NCBI GenBank assembly: GCA_964252035.1
Contig: OZ176213.1
Strand: one strand, 5' to 3'
Length of the DNA: 64,000 nt
DNA from: Podarcis erhardii
Lineage: Eukaryota
The stretch's first letter is position 1, and each line of letters begins with the position of its first letter. The notes beneath the pieces are model-generated. The model searched no databases. It saw nothing but the letters and a program-made list of their open reading frames with translations, and was not told the DNA's origin. Shown here one piece after another: positions 1 through 11,433 of the stretch. The translations under genes and the position numbers were made by a program.

Positions 1-185
1 ACCTTCTGTGTTTGAGCAACCGTAGCTGCATGGGGCTTGTGAAGAGCCACACTCATTGACATCTTGGCAACCTCCACCGAACTGTTCAAACTGATATCCA
101 GTAGGGCACATGCATTTATAGCTCCCCAGAGTGTTGTGACAAGATGCTCCACCACAAATATGGGCACTGAGGCATTCGTTTTCAT
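1..185 (-). CDS. FBN1: FBN1 exon 63 (partial, runs off the window), cbEGF42 and start of cbEGF43
   Basis: [62 protein letters not shown]; cag acceptor at 186-188. Confidence 0.95.
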   Translation of the reverse strand, partial: MKTNASVPIFVVEHLVTTLWGAINACALLDISLNSSVEVAKMSMSVALHKPHAATVAQTQK

Positions 186-705
186 CTGCAACCGAAGCAG
201 ATTAGACATTCAGATTTATATTACTGTGAAGCACATCTCTCTCACAAAGCAACTGTAGCCGATATGGAGTTTTCTGGTAAAGAAGGTGGAGCCAAAAATA
301 CTAGAAATCACAATGGTCTAGTTTGGGTGGAGCAGCTAAATCATTACAGTGAACTAACATGTACTGTAATCCAAGCCTGAATTAAGAGTTTGCTATTCTA
401 ATTATTTACAAATTAATCTTATGTGCCACCTGATTCCAGTGCATACAAATATAATCTCTACACAACCGAACATGTTTTTAAGTCTACTTTTCAAATAGCA
501 GTTCATTAAAATTATTACTTATGAAAAGAAAAAAATAATCAACCAGTTCACCAATTAATTATGGATGCAACCCAAAGACAGTTCAGCCATCATATCCAAA
601 GCCCTGCTGAGCTTAAGCTGGCAAGGGTGGACATGTGGGCACAGTTTGTGGCAGAGGTATGATCTGAACCAGGGACTCTTTAGCCTAGACTCTAACCTAC
701 TACAT

Positions 706-840
706 CAGGCACAGGCAAACTTGGCCCTCCAGATGTTTGGGACTACAACTCCCATCATCCCTAGCTAACAGGACCAGTGGTCAGGGGTGATGTGAGTTGT
801 AGTCCCAAAACATCTGGAGAGCCGAGTTTGCCTATGCCTG
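706..840. mobile_element. hAT-type MITE, 135 bp
   Basis: TIRs CAGGCACAGGCAAACT / AGTTTGCCTATGCCTG; perfect 8-bp TSD TACTACAT (698-705, 841-848). Confidence 0.85.
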
Positions 841-2325
841 TACTACATTATACTAGGTCTAATTCTAGATCAACATTCATGGGTAGGAAAAAGAGCACCA
901 ACAGCCACAGCAATCAGGGAAGCTAAATTCATTTTAATTTCCCTTGATTTTTATGACTTAAGTACGGTATATGTATTTGAGAGTGAAGGCAAATGTGAGC
1001 AAGGACAGAAAACTGGAAAAGATGATAGCAGTGAAGCTAACCATATAAGAAGGCACAGATACATACTTGTATCTGATTTTAAAACTGACAAAAACAACAC
1101 CAACTTTTTTCAGCTACATAAAGGGTCTAACAGTATCATCTTGGAAAACATCAGGTTCATTTGAAAGAACAGAAGAATTTTGAACTTTCCAAAATAACTT
1201 GAGACACTCACTATACCCACTTGTCTTTGGGGGCTACCCCATTCCCAACAATATTAAAATCAGAAAAGCTTGAAAGAGCAAATTAAATTTTTAATTTAAA
1301 TCATATGTCCCCTCCTAATCCAATCTTTCCAGAATGAAAGCAACTTTTGAGTAATTGTCAAATTCCCTTGTTGGAGCTGAAACATCTACATTCCCAAATG
1401 GAAGATTGTGTAAAAATGTCAGCAAGTTTTCCTAAGCATAATTAAAACCAGAGACCTCCCTTAGAGCAGTGCAATGATAACAAGGAAAGGCATTTTTATA
1501 TGCTTTTGAAAGCAAACAATGGCAGGCACATGGTTGATTCTCACAGTATGAGTCACCATACATATCTCCAGGAAAGAACTGCAACTCAGATGGACCAATT
1601 GAATTAGATACTAGAAATACCTCTAGATGGATTTCCTAATAAAAATTGGAATTGGGACATTCATGCTACACTGCAGTAATATAATGAAAATAAGAAAGTG
1701 GTTTCCCATGACTTTGAAAACACATAAGGACCCAACCCACCCACCCTACAATAGAAGTAATCAGTAACTTTCTCCATGAGCAATTTTACTGGCTGGGCTG
1801 CAGAGGCACAGATCACCACCAAAGGTTGCTTAAGGAACAAAAATGCCTCTGGTTTGAACAGATGAATTTGTTTGTTACCACAGTTTTTTTAAAAAGCAAA
1901 CCACACACACAACTCAAAAGGCATTTGGAAACAGCAATGGATTGTTTGTGAAGTCCATAGGAAGCTTTTCCTGACAGGTATTAATTAATGTGTCTGTTGA
2001 TCACTGACAGATCTACTTGCATTTCTGCATAGCTGTCAACGTCTCCCTTTTTTAAAGGGAAATTCCCTTATTCCGAATAGGATTCCTTGCAAGAAAAGGG
2101 AAAAGTTGACAGCTCTGCATTTACGTGATGTCAACATAAGATCCACAAAAATCAAGTTAACTTTTAAATGGAGACCTCACTCACAGTAAGCAATCCATCT
2201 ATTGCCTTGAAGTGGTGGATTAATCAAAGTTGTTATTCACAAGAACACCAAAGTAAAAAACATCAAGTCCTTAAAAATCATTTCATGATTGAATTCTGTC
2301 AAATAATTCTCCCTAGGGCCTGAGT

Positions 2326-2506
2326 GGGGAAGGGCCAAATGTCGCTTAGTAGCAGAGCATCATTTTGCATGCAGAACGTCCCAGCTTCAATTATGGTATC
2401 CCCAGGCAGGGCTGGAAAGCACTCTGTCTGAGTGCCACTGCCAGTCAGTGTAGACAATGTAGAGTTAGATGGACCAATGGTCTGATTCGGTATAAGGAAC
2501 CTTCCT
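2326..2506 (+). mobile_element. tRNA-derived SINE, Squam3-like, decayed
   Basis: tRNA-like head, then CCAGTCAGTGTAGACAAT...GATGGACCAATGGTCTGATTCGGTATAAGG, typical of the squamate SINE with an L2-like tail (family name from memory). Confidence 0.65.
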
Positions 2507-2991
2507 GGGTGTATCCATATTACATTGGATGACCTTCACCGCGCCCACCGGCTGTATATTGGATGCACAAATAGCCTATGCAATCTAATGCAGATGAGCA
2601 CCATTCTGGGCTGAAATTATGGCGCTTCTGTATGCACTCTGTCCGAAGCATTTTGGGGTTAGCTCATTGACAAATGTATGTACTGTCACCAAAATAGTTC
2701 CTCTAATGGCATCAATGGCAAAGTTCACATAAATGGCTAAGGAGTGAGTGACAGATAACTAATGGTGCACCGGGCTTTTCAGGTGAGTAAAGGAGCTTGT
2801 TCTGTAACACTCAACTACTCACAAGGACATGTAGACCCATTGTTGACTTTTATAGGACTGCACACAGCAAGGGTTGCCAACAGCACCCACAGATGCACAT
2901 GCACTAGCAGAGGCATTCCCTGACACCCACAGTGTCCCTCCCCAAAAATTATGCTTGAAAGAAGCATTCTGTTATAGGCAATAGAACAGAC

Positions 2992-2995
<4 letters not shown>

Positions 2996-3026
<31 letters not shown>
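2996..3026. repeat. (GT)n microsatellite
   Basis: Direct reading. Confidence 0.95.
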
Positions 3027-3027
<1 letters not shown>

Positions 3028-3183
3028 TGCCCATGAGAGTTTCTTAATTTGCACCTGGGCCCCCCAAAATTGCTGACCCACAGTGTGCAGAAATTTCCTC
3101 TGAACCTACTAAATTAAGACACAATACTGCAATCTAACCCCATAACTATCGTGTCTCCTCTGACAATAAGAAAAGAGACTTGC

Positions 3184-3303
3184 CGACACACTGGTTCCAC
3201 TGGTAATGCTGGAGATATCCTTGTGGGCAACTGCACCTGTATCCTCCAATTATGTTCTGGCAACCATGTTGGCATCGATGATTCCCATCACACTCATCAA
3301 CAT
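3184..3303 (-). CDS. FBN1: FBN1 exon 62, cbEGF41 (GC donor)
   Basis: 120 nt; [40 protein letters not shown]; tag acceptor, non-canonical gcaagt donor. Confidence 0.92.
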
Positions 3304-3578
3304 CTATAAAATGAAAGTACATTTCTGAATTATTTCTCTAATCACTAGGAAAACCTGTATCATAATCAACTCCACAAATATTTGCTTGTATCTGTGGGTA
3401 TGCATTATAGCGTAAGAGTGACAGCTTTCCCCGCATGCATTGATTTAACTCACAATGGGCAGTATCATCCTTTAAATGGAAAACAGCTGTCATTTAATGA
3501 CAGGGTGTCATGCCTTTCCCAATAAAGGCAACTTAACCAATTTTCTACAAGGGAAGCCCCTGCCGTGATTTCAAAATA

Positions 3579-3892
3579 CAGTGGTGCCTCGCAAGACGAA
3601 ATTAATCCGTTCCGCGAGTCTCTTCGTCTAGCGGTTTTTTCGTCTTGCGAAGCATTAGCACTATTAGTGGCTTTTAGTGGCTTATCGGCTTAGCGGATAA
3701 GCAGATAAGTGGCTTAGCAGCTTAGAAAAGGGGGGGGGGAGGGAAAAAACCCCGCAGGAACTCGCAAGACATTTTCGTCTTGCGAAGCAAGCCCATAGGA
3801 AATTCGTTTTGCGAAGCACCTCCAAAACGGAAAACCCTTTCGTCTAGCGGGTTTTCCGTCTTGTGAGGCATTCGTCTTGCGGGGCACCACTG
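3579..3892. mobile_element. Tc1/mariner-pogo (Tigger-like) MITE
   Basis: TIRs CAGTGGTGCCTCGCAAGACGAA / TTCGTCTTGCGGGGCACCACTG, flanked by TA on both sides; internal TAGCGG/TAGTGG short repeats. Confidence 0.85.
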
Positions 3893-4023
3893 TATTTTGT
3901 GTAAGCCCAAGCGACTCCCAAGTTGCTCTTGGGGATTACATCTACTGCCTATTTACATGGGATGCATTAATCACACAGTAACAGATAAAAGAATAGTAGA
4001 CTACATGTGTCCAACATCTGTAC

Positions 4024-4152
4024 CTTCACAGCTGGCTCCAGTCTGGTCCAGTGCAAAGCCACGCTGGCATTCACAACTAAAGCTTCCAGGTGTGTTTTGA
4101 CAAACACCTTTAGATCCACAAAGATTGACATCCGTGGCACATTCATTGTTAT
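4024..4152 (-). CDS. FBN1: FBN1 exon 61, cbEGF40
   Basis: 129 nt; DNNECATDVNLCGSKGVCQNTPGSFSCECQRGFALDQTGASCE; tag / gtacag. Confidence 0.95.
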
Positions 4153-4410
4153 CTAAAAGGAAAATAGGTGGAGAAGTCAGCTGGTTTGCTCAATTTTTGT
4201 TCATCTTGAAAATGACTACTAAACAACCTCTATTGTGAAAAGTTCTCATCTCAGAATACAGACTCGTTATTCGTCTTTCATATTCAAACCATGGAAAACA
4301 AGGTAAGTGTACAAGATTTATAACAAGTATGATCTGAGAAGATATTTTCATTGGATCTTTACAATGACAGCAACACCAGGCCAGATATATGTCACATATT
4401 TGAAGCACAT

Positions 4411-4558
4411 TCAGTGCACGTTTAAAGCACATGGTTCCCCCAAAGAATGTTGAGAACTGCAATTTATTAAAGGTGATAGAAATTGTTCTGTGAAGGGGGG
4501 ACAACTACAGTTCCCATAATTATTTTGGGGGAAGTCATGTGCTTTTAATGTGCATTGA
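4411..4558. mobile_element. Palindromic MITE-like squamate repeat (superfamily uncertain)
   Basis: Inverted ends TCAGTGCACGTTTAAAGCACATG / CATGTGCTTTTAATGTGCATTGA; core ACTACAGTTCCCA shared with the copy at 48841-48981. Confidence 0.6.
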
Positions 4559-4782
4559 TTGTGTTTTAAATGCAATGGGGAAATGTATGGTTTGGATCTG
4601 GTGAGCATGAGGCTGGATTCAAGATCTATCTTAGAGTATTGTGTGAAATTCAGGGAGAAACACAGCATCCTGTGGCCAGTTGGGAGCCTGTTGTCAAATC
4701 TTCCCTGTGGACAACTGACAGTTGAATCATAGAATTGGCGCGTCGGAAGGGGCATGGTGGGTCATTTAGTCCAAAACCCTGC

Positions 4783-6667
4783 GGGGCACTTCCGGGATAG
4801 CGCGAACGGGTAATGGCGGACTCCCTCTGAGCTCCGGAGGGAGTCGGCTCCGCTAAGGACGGGTCTTGCCGTGCCGGCGACACGGGGACCCTTAGAAACC
4901 GCAGGCGCGGAAGCCTGCGGACATGGTGACTCGGTGGGCACCTTAAGCGCCCTCCCTGACCCGCGAAGAGCCTTTTTAAAGGCTACGGAGTGGACCGGAG
5001 AGTGGCGTGGTGCTGAGAGTCGATCGCTGCCTTGGCGGAGCGAAGCCGCGAGCCATGACCGGAGAGCGCTGTCTTTCTTCTTAAAATTTGGACTGAAAAT
5101 GTAACCCGTGAGTAAAAGGAAATTTCGGCATTAAAAGTTTCTTATTTACGAATTCGAGTATGATCGGGGGGACGTGTTAAAAAGGAAGTCCGCACTCCCC
5201 CTCCCCACCAAAAGATTTAAAGCAAAGAGATAGCACCAGGTCGGAAAGACTTTGGTGCTTAAACGGAGAACTTTCACAAACTGAATTAAGAAGTAATTTG
5301 AGCAGGAGTGGAAGAAAGAGGAATTCCGGGGGTTTTGCTTTTTAAGTTGACCCCCCCAGACCCGGGTAGCGCCCAGTGTGGGAGCCCGAGAAACAGAATA
5401 AGGAGTTTGACAGCTGTCAAAAAGAGCTGTCAAACGACTAGCCGAAACGTGGAACTGTGTTATAACTGCTTTTCTGGATTAAATGCTACATTGAAACTGA
5501 ATTGATTGAACTGATTGGAAACAAAATAATTCTTAACAACAAAGTAACTGACTGTTGGGTGAGATTCATGATGGAGATCCCTCTGGAGGGAACTGATGAC
5601 ATTGCAATGGCTGCTGAAGGAAAATTACTGGCAGAGATACAAAAAATGTTTTGTCTGGTGGGAACCTTGCAAAAACAGAACACAATTATGACTGAACAGT
5701 TGATGACCTTCAGTTTTAAACTTAACGACTCTGTCAATGGAACTAAACAAGTGGAAAAAAAATTTGCAGCTGCAGAAGGAGAGATAATCCTATGGGGGGA
5801 AGGAGAAAAAGAAAGAGTTCAACAAGAATGCAAACAGAAACCTGTAACTTTTGGGAATCAAAGAAACAAGGAGGATGACTATGGGATTGCAGATCTGCAG
5901 GGCCAGAGGAAGAGAGAAGCCCCTGGAATAATCAGAATATTGAATCAACAAAGAATGAACAAGTTCAATGGGGACTTCTTTCTGGGGCTGGACTTTGGGA
6001 GATTTGTTGTCTTTGGTCAAAAACTGTCTTTGTTTGATTTGGAAGAAAGAAAATATGAGGAGCTGCTGACAGAACTTCATGGAGAAGGGAAGACCAACAA
6101 AGAGGACTATAAACAAAATCGGCGGAGAGAGGCTAACTGGGGCCTGAAGGCCTCGGATGTCAGAAATCCAGGCTAAAACTGTTGTTTATCTATTTGGGTA
6201 GGGGCAAAGCGGGGGCAGGGGGGAGGGGAATTTGGGGTGGTAAAAACCTGGGATTTGGAACTGAAATATTATGATTTTAGATTTAATATTAAAAAAAAAA
6301 AAAGAAAAAAAATAAAAGGATGAATTTGTGGGAGAGAAATTACGCCGACCTTGGAGAATAGATCCAATATGGGAAAGGGAACATGTAAAATTATGATAAG
6401 TTAAAAAGGGGGAAAAGATAAATTGGAAGGAAAGAATTGAATAATTTTTAAGAGACCTAATAAATAATTTGCTGAGCTATGTAGTGAAAATGGAAGGTGG
6501 GCAGGGGAGTGCGGGGAAGTCATTGAAAGAAGGAGATGAAAATTTGGTTGTGTTTTGTTTTGTTTTGTGTTTGTTTTACTTTTGTTTTGATTTTTTTTTA
6601 TGTAAGTTTGTTTTGTCTTTAAAATTGAAAATTGAATAAAAATTATTTAAAAAAAAAAAAAAAAAAA
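4783..6667 (+). mobile_element. 1.9-kb L1-like non-autonomous retroposon (HAL1-like or internally deleted L1)
   Basis: 18-bp TSD TTTAGTCCAAAACCCTGC (4765-4782, 6669-6686); CpG-rich 5' end GGGGCACTTCCGGG...ATGGCGG; AATAAA at about 6635; poly(A) 6649-6668; no RT/EN frame. Confidence 0.8.
5568..6176 (+). CDS. 202-aa ORF inside the L1-like element, possibly ORF1-derived
   Basis: ATG at 5568 (the ORF track starts upstream at a TTG, 5502). N-terminal half is rich in E/K/Q/L with coiled-coil-like character. No recognisable host-gene similarity. Confidence 0.4.
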   Translation: MMEIPLEGTDDIAMAAEGKLLAEIQKMFCLVGTLQKQNTIMTEQLMTFSFKLNDSVNGTKQVEKKFAAAEGEIILWGEGEKERVQQECKQKPVTFGNQRNKEDDYGIADLQGQRKREAPGIIRILNQQRMNKFNGDFFLGLDFGRFVVFGQKLSLFDLEERKYEELLTELHGEGKTNKEDYKQNRRREANWGLKASDVRNPG

Positions 6668-7664
6668 ATTTAGTCCAAAACCCTGCAATGCAGGAATCTC
6701 AACCAAAGCATCCATGACAGGTGGCCATCCAAGGTCTGCTTAAAAACCTCCAAGGAAGGGGAGTCCACCATCTTCCATAGGAGCCCATTCCACTGTTGAA
6801 CAGCTCTTACTGCCAGAAAGTTCTTCCTGATGTTTAGTCAGAATCTCCTTTCTTCTCCTACCCTCTGGAGCAGTAGAAAACAAGCTTGCTCCATCTTCCA
6901 TGTGACAACCCCTTAGATATTTGAAGATGGCTATTATATCTCCTCTTGGTCTGCAATTCATCTATGACTAGGATTTCTCAAATCCACTTGACGTGCTGCC
7001 CGTGGCAACTAACCATATCCTGGACTAAGCTCCTCTCCCATCCTCTGGATACTCAACACACTGCCAACAATTTGAGTTTTACAGAAACCACTGGAGTGCG
7101 TTGTTTCTGCCTCCCAACATAAAAGCAGATTATGCTTTCCATTTCGTACATTCTCTGCAGTTCCCTGAGACTTTGTGGGGGAAGGTTTTCCCCAAGTGCT
7201 CTACATCCGCCACAGGAATTGGAGGAGGGAAAGGGTTGGTGGTGACCACAAATAGTGTCTGGCTACTTAGGCAAGCCCAAATTGTGGACTTCTGGCTATG
7301 CCTTTGCCTATAAAAAGTATAAATCCTCAATAGCATCCATTCAAGTGGCTGTAGGAAGTGAAAACTGTCAGATGTATTTGAGTTGTGTCATCACAAACAA
7401 TTCTTTCTTCCTTGATAGGTCAAGTGATGGAGAAAGATCCAGACCAGTAATCAGTCATGAATATATGAATATAATAGAGGAAATATGTAATGGGGAAATG
7501 CAGAAAGGTCTTGGCCTTTCAACCATGTAGTCTGCTCTAGATTGGTGTTGTGGCCAATCTAGTTGCCAGCCATTGTCATATATTATGATATTGTAGTGTG
7601 TCCAGCAGCAATGCCTGCGAGATAGGAAAAAAACAAATAAATCTCAATCTTCTTTGTTACTCAC

Positions 7665-7781
7665 CAATACATGCTGAATGATGTTGAGTAAATCCAGGGG
7701 GGCATTTACAAGTAAAGCCCCCAATGGTGTTGACACAAAGGAACTGGCAGTTGTGCTGCTTGGTTGCACACTCATCGAGAT
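7665..7781 (-). CDS. FBN1: FBN1 exon 60, cbEGF39
   Basis: 117 nt; [39 protein letters not shown]; tag / gtgagt. Confidence 0.95.
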
Positions 7782-8491
7782 CTAAAAGGAAAACATACAC
7801 TTTTCAATTTCTCTTCTTCATAAAGGCAAAGGAGCAGAGTGAACCATAAGATGTAAATCCAGCGAAGCAGAAAGTATCAAGGAACATTGCCCTTGTCACT
7901 TTTGATGGAACATTCTTTCTATTCTTCTGGACCTGGTAAAATTTATTTATATAACATTTTTGTGCCATTGTTCAACTCTAAAAAAGAGCCCCCAGGGTGG
8001 TTTACAACAGTGAAGTATCAATACAATTGAAAAGAAAATTCAAAGCCAAAGCAATTCACTGCCACATTTATCTCAGGAGTGTGCATTTGATTAGTTGTGA
8101 GTGCATCCACATTCAAGATTGCTTCATATTATCCTCTTAGAATGCACTCAACTATGAGCATGTTAGGGGGACAATTCTGTCTTTCACTAATGCAGAAAAG
8201 GTGTTTGTTTTCCATAACACAAATTCTGCATGTGCTTGGGTTGTTTCTTGTTTATGCTTAGGGTCTGCAACTGGGTAACCCAAGGTAAAATAGAGGCCAA
8301 TGACAGGCTCTATCTGTTCCCTTACTTGCCAATTTAAGGGGGGGAAAGAGGCAATGAAGCTTGCAAGAGAACTTGCTGTCAGCCACTTTATCCCTTTATT
8401 CCTTCTCAAAATAGCCTTGCAAGTAAACTAGCTCTTTACCACACGTATAGATACACCTTTCAAACAATATCCACATACGAGCAACTTTTAC

Positions 8492-8614
8492 CTTTGCAGC
8501 TTCTCCCATCCTCCTGCAAAATGTACCCTTTTGGACATGAGCACTGATAACTGCCCTCTGTATTTTTGCAGATAAAATTGCAAGGCTTTGGAGACAGGTT
8601 GCACTCATTCAGAT
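8492..8614 (-). CDS. FBN1: FBN1 exon 59, cbEGF38
   Basis: 123 nt; [41 protein letters not shown]; tag / gtaaaa. Confidence 0.95.
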
Positions 8615-9720
8615 CTAAAGTAAAACAAGACAAACACTTTTCATTTATATTAATAGCGTTGTGGTATCAATAATTACTGCCCCCCCCCCAGTGACTGATT
8701 AAATTTATATGCTGCACTTCAGTGTACTAGGTCAATTTACAAAATATAAACAAGGATCATCAAAATACAGTAATAACTGCCAACATATGTCTGGATTTTT
8801 CTGGATGTTTTCCTGATTTCCGCCCAGACACTGCTGCCAACTGCAGTATTCCGGATATGTCCAGGATAATGGGACGTATAGCAACCCTACTTCTACTAAT
8901 TCTTCTAAGAAAAACATTTTTACATTTGCATTTTACTCCTCGGGAGCTGCATGATGAAGTGATGATTGGATTGCATGAAACATTCTTTTCATTACTTTTT
9001 CTTCCCTGCTTTGAGTTGTTGTAAATCCCTACAAGTTCAGCTGCTACTGGCTTCTTCTGGGCTTTTCTCTTTCTTTTTTCTTGACTACTTTATATCCTCC
9101 TGCTATGTCACCTAGGCAGGATGCAACCTTCTAATTTGGGGTGGGAAGCTTCTGGTTCTCCAGATGTTGATGGACTATAATGCTCATCATCCATCAATGG
9201 CAATGCTGCCTAGGACTGATAGCTACACCTGGAAGGAAAGTCTTCCCCACCTTATTCTAGACATTTCCTTCTACTCCATAAAACACTTCTTTTATAGAGG
9301 CTTTTCTCAATCACCATTCTTGTGCATATTTTGAAAACTGCTATCAGCTCCTTTATCCTCATGATCCCCCATGTCATCTACACTACAGCTTTCTCAGGCC
9401 TTTAAGGCCATCACTTGAGTGCCACCTTAAAATTTAAGCATGCGTGAGGTTACCCACACAGATTTGAGCATGACAAAAGTTGAGGTGGCATGGTGAAAAG
9501 CACCTAAGCTACATGGCAAGGCCCTCAATATTCATTTACCAAAGAACCTGTGACCTCTCAAAGGAGGTTGAATTCCAGCTTCCATCAGTCCCAGCCAGAA
9601 TGGCCAATGATCAAGGGTGATGGAAGTCACTGTACGGAAACATAGTTCCTCACCCGTCTTTAACAGAAAGGAAAGATAAATAAAATGATTATGTCTGCAT
9701 ATAAAATGAGAGAAACTTAC

Positions 9721-9846
9721 CTATACAAAGGGTGCCTGTTATATCTGTAGTATAGCCCTCTTTGCAATTACAGCGGTATGATCCTCTCTCGTTGACACAT
9801 TCTCCATTCTGGCAAACATCATGAATAACCTTGCACTCATCAATAT
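9721..9846 (-). CDS. FBN1: FBN1 exon 58, cbEGF37
   Basis: 126 nt; [42 protein letters not shown]; cag / gtaagt. Confidence 0.95.
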
Positions 9847-10922
9847 CTGAAATTCAATAAATAGGACTATAGAGAAGGCAAAACAAAAGGGGGAAAACGG
9901 CATACCTGGGTTCAGTGCTACTCTTGTGCTTTTGCAGGAGACAAAAGTAACTTATCAGTGAAGAGAAAAACATTGATCCTACAATTTAGGAGGATTGTAT
10001 ATATAAAAAAAGGAAAACTGGCGATTTCATGCAATTTCACAATGAAGGAAGAAACCTCAAAATGAGATGGAACTAATGGAGCAACAGCAGACCTAGGAGT
10101 TGTCAATTAAAGTTTAGCAAATGCTGACCTTTCCACTTGGCTCACAACCCAAGTAATGCATTGAGCCATAGTCATTACATTTCTTCTCCCAGCTAGATGT
10201 GGGAATCACATAGTGTGCTTTATGACCATGTTCTGACCCTTAGGCCATATTTTCACTTCCTCCTGCCAGTCTGAACAGCAGGAAGGCAGGGGAGGGGAAA
10301 TGTGCAAATAACATTATTGTAAGGGACATTCCTGCATAGACACTGTTGGACATACCAGTGGATAAACAGTCGAAGCAATAGAAACAAGCTGAAAGACCAA
10401 CACCTATGTGAGCTAGATACCCCCAACACAAACACATGCACTTACTTGCAATGGCCATTATCACCCAAAGTCTGCTACTCTATCTGGCTCACCCATACCC
10501 TCTTCTGCTACTCCTTCATGTTACATTGCCTATTGCTAGACTGTTTCTTTGTTTCTGCAGCACTGGATCTTCTATTTTTCCCTTGGCCTTTGCTGTTCCT
10601 GAACTACAACAGCATGTGGGAAGGGAAAGCTTTTTGGTTGGCTGCTTTGGTTGGTACATAACAGGGAGGCTAGATCCTGAAAGAGAAATTGCCCTTTCCA
10701 AGGTTTATTTGGTTTTGGGGTCGTCCGTCCCCCCCCCTCCAAGAACAGCTCGGATTGCATGGAAGAAGCAGTCCTGCGTCTGCCCCAATCCTCATTCACT
10801 TGAGTCTCAAATACCAGGGCTCATCTTTCAATGGGCAGGCAATGCTTAACCCCAGAAATGATTTCATGGCTTGTGTTTCAGTACTTTAGTCAATGAAACC
10901 TGCTACAGCTTGGGCCAAACTA

Positions 10923-11433
10923 CTGTATTTTTCGCTGTATAAGACGCACTTTCCCCCTCCTAAAAAGTAAAGGGAAATGTGTGTGCGTCTTATGGAGCGA
11001 ATGCAGGCTGCACGGCTATCCCGGAAGCCAGGAGAGCAAGAGGGATCGGTGCGCACCGATTCCTCTTGCTTTCCTGGCTTCCGGGATAGCCGCGCGAAGC
11101 CTCTTTGGGGCAACGGGAGGAACGCTCCCCCTGCCCTGAAGAGGCTTGGCACGGCTATCCCAGAAGCCAGAACAGCAAGAGGGACCGCTGCTTTCACTGT
11201 GCAGCGATCCCTCTTGCTGTTCTGACTTCGCTGGAGAGGTGCTGCGCAGCTTTCCCTCTGCACAGTGCCTCTTCAGCAAAGCGGCAGGAGAAACGGAGCC
11301 CCTTCCATTTCTCCTCCCACTTTGCTGAAGGGGCGCTGCGCAGAGAGGGAGAGAATGTTTTTTTCCTTGTTCTCCTCCTCTAAAACTAGGTGTGTCTTAT
11401 GGTCGGGTGCATCTTATAGAGCGAAAAATACAG
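10923..11433. mobile_element. Tc2/pogo-like MITE, 511 bp, with internal hairpin repeats
   Basis: TIRs CTGTATTTTTCGCTGTATAAGACGCAC / GTGCATCTTATAGAGCGAAAAATACAG; TA TSD. Confidence 0.85.

Larger units (their letters stand above)
4724..6955 (-). mobile_element. CR1 LINE 3' fragment (4724-4782 plus 6669-6955), split by a younger insertion
   Basis: CR1 3' terminal motif ATTCTATGATTC on the minus strand; degraded RT C-terminus (IFKYLRGCHMEDGASLFSTAPEGR); the sequence continues across the inserted element. Confidence 0.85.

Noticed and set aside
10541-10661. Strong plus-strand acceptor (TTTCTTTGTTTCTGCAG) and hydrophobic ORFs suggesting an antisense gene
   Set aside because: No partner exons or recognisable protein; it may just be the complement of the purine-rich candidate minus-strand exon.
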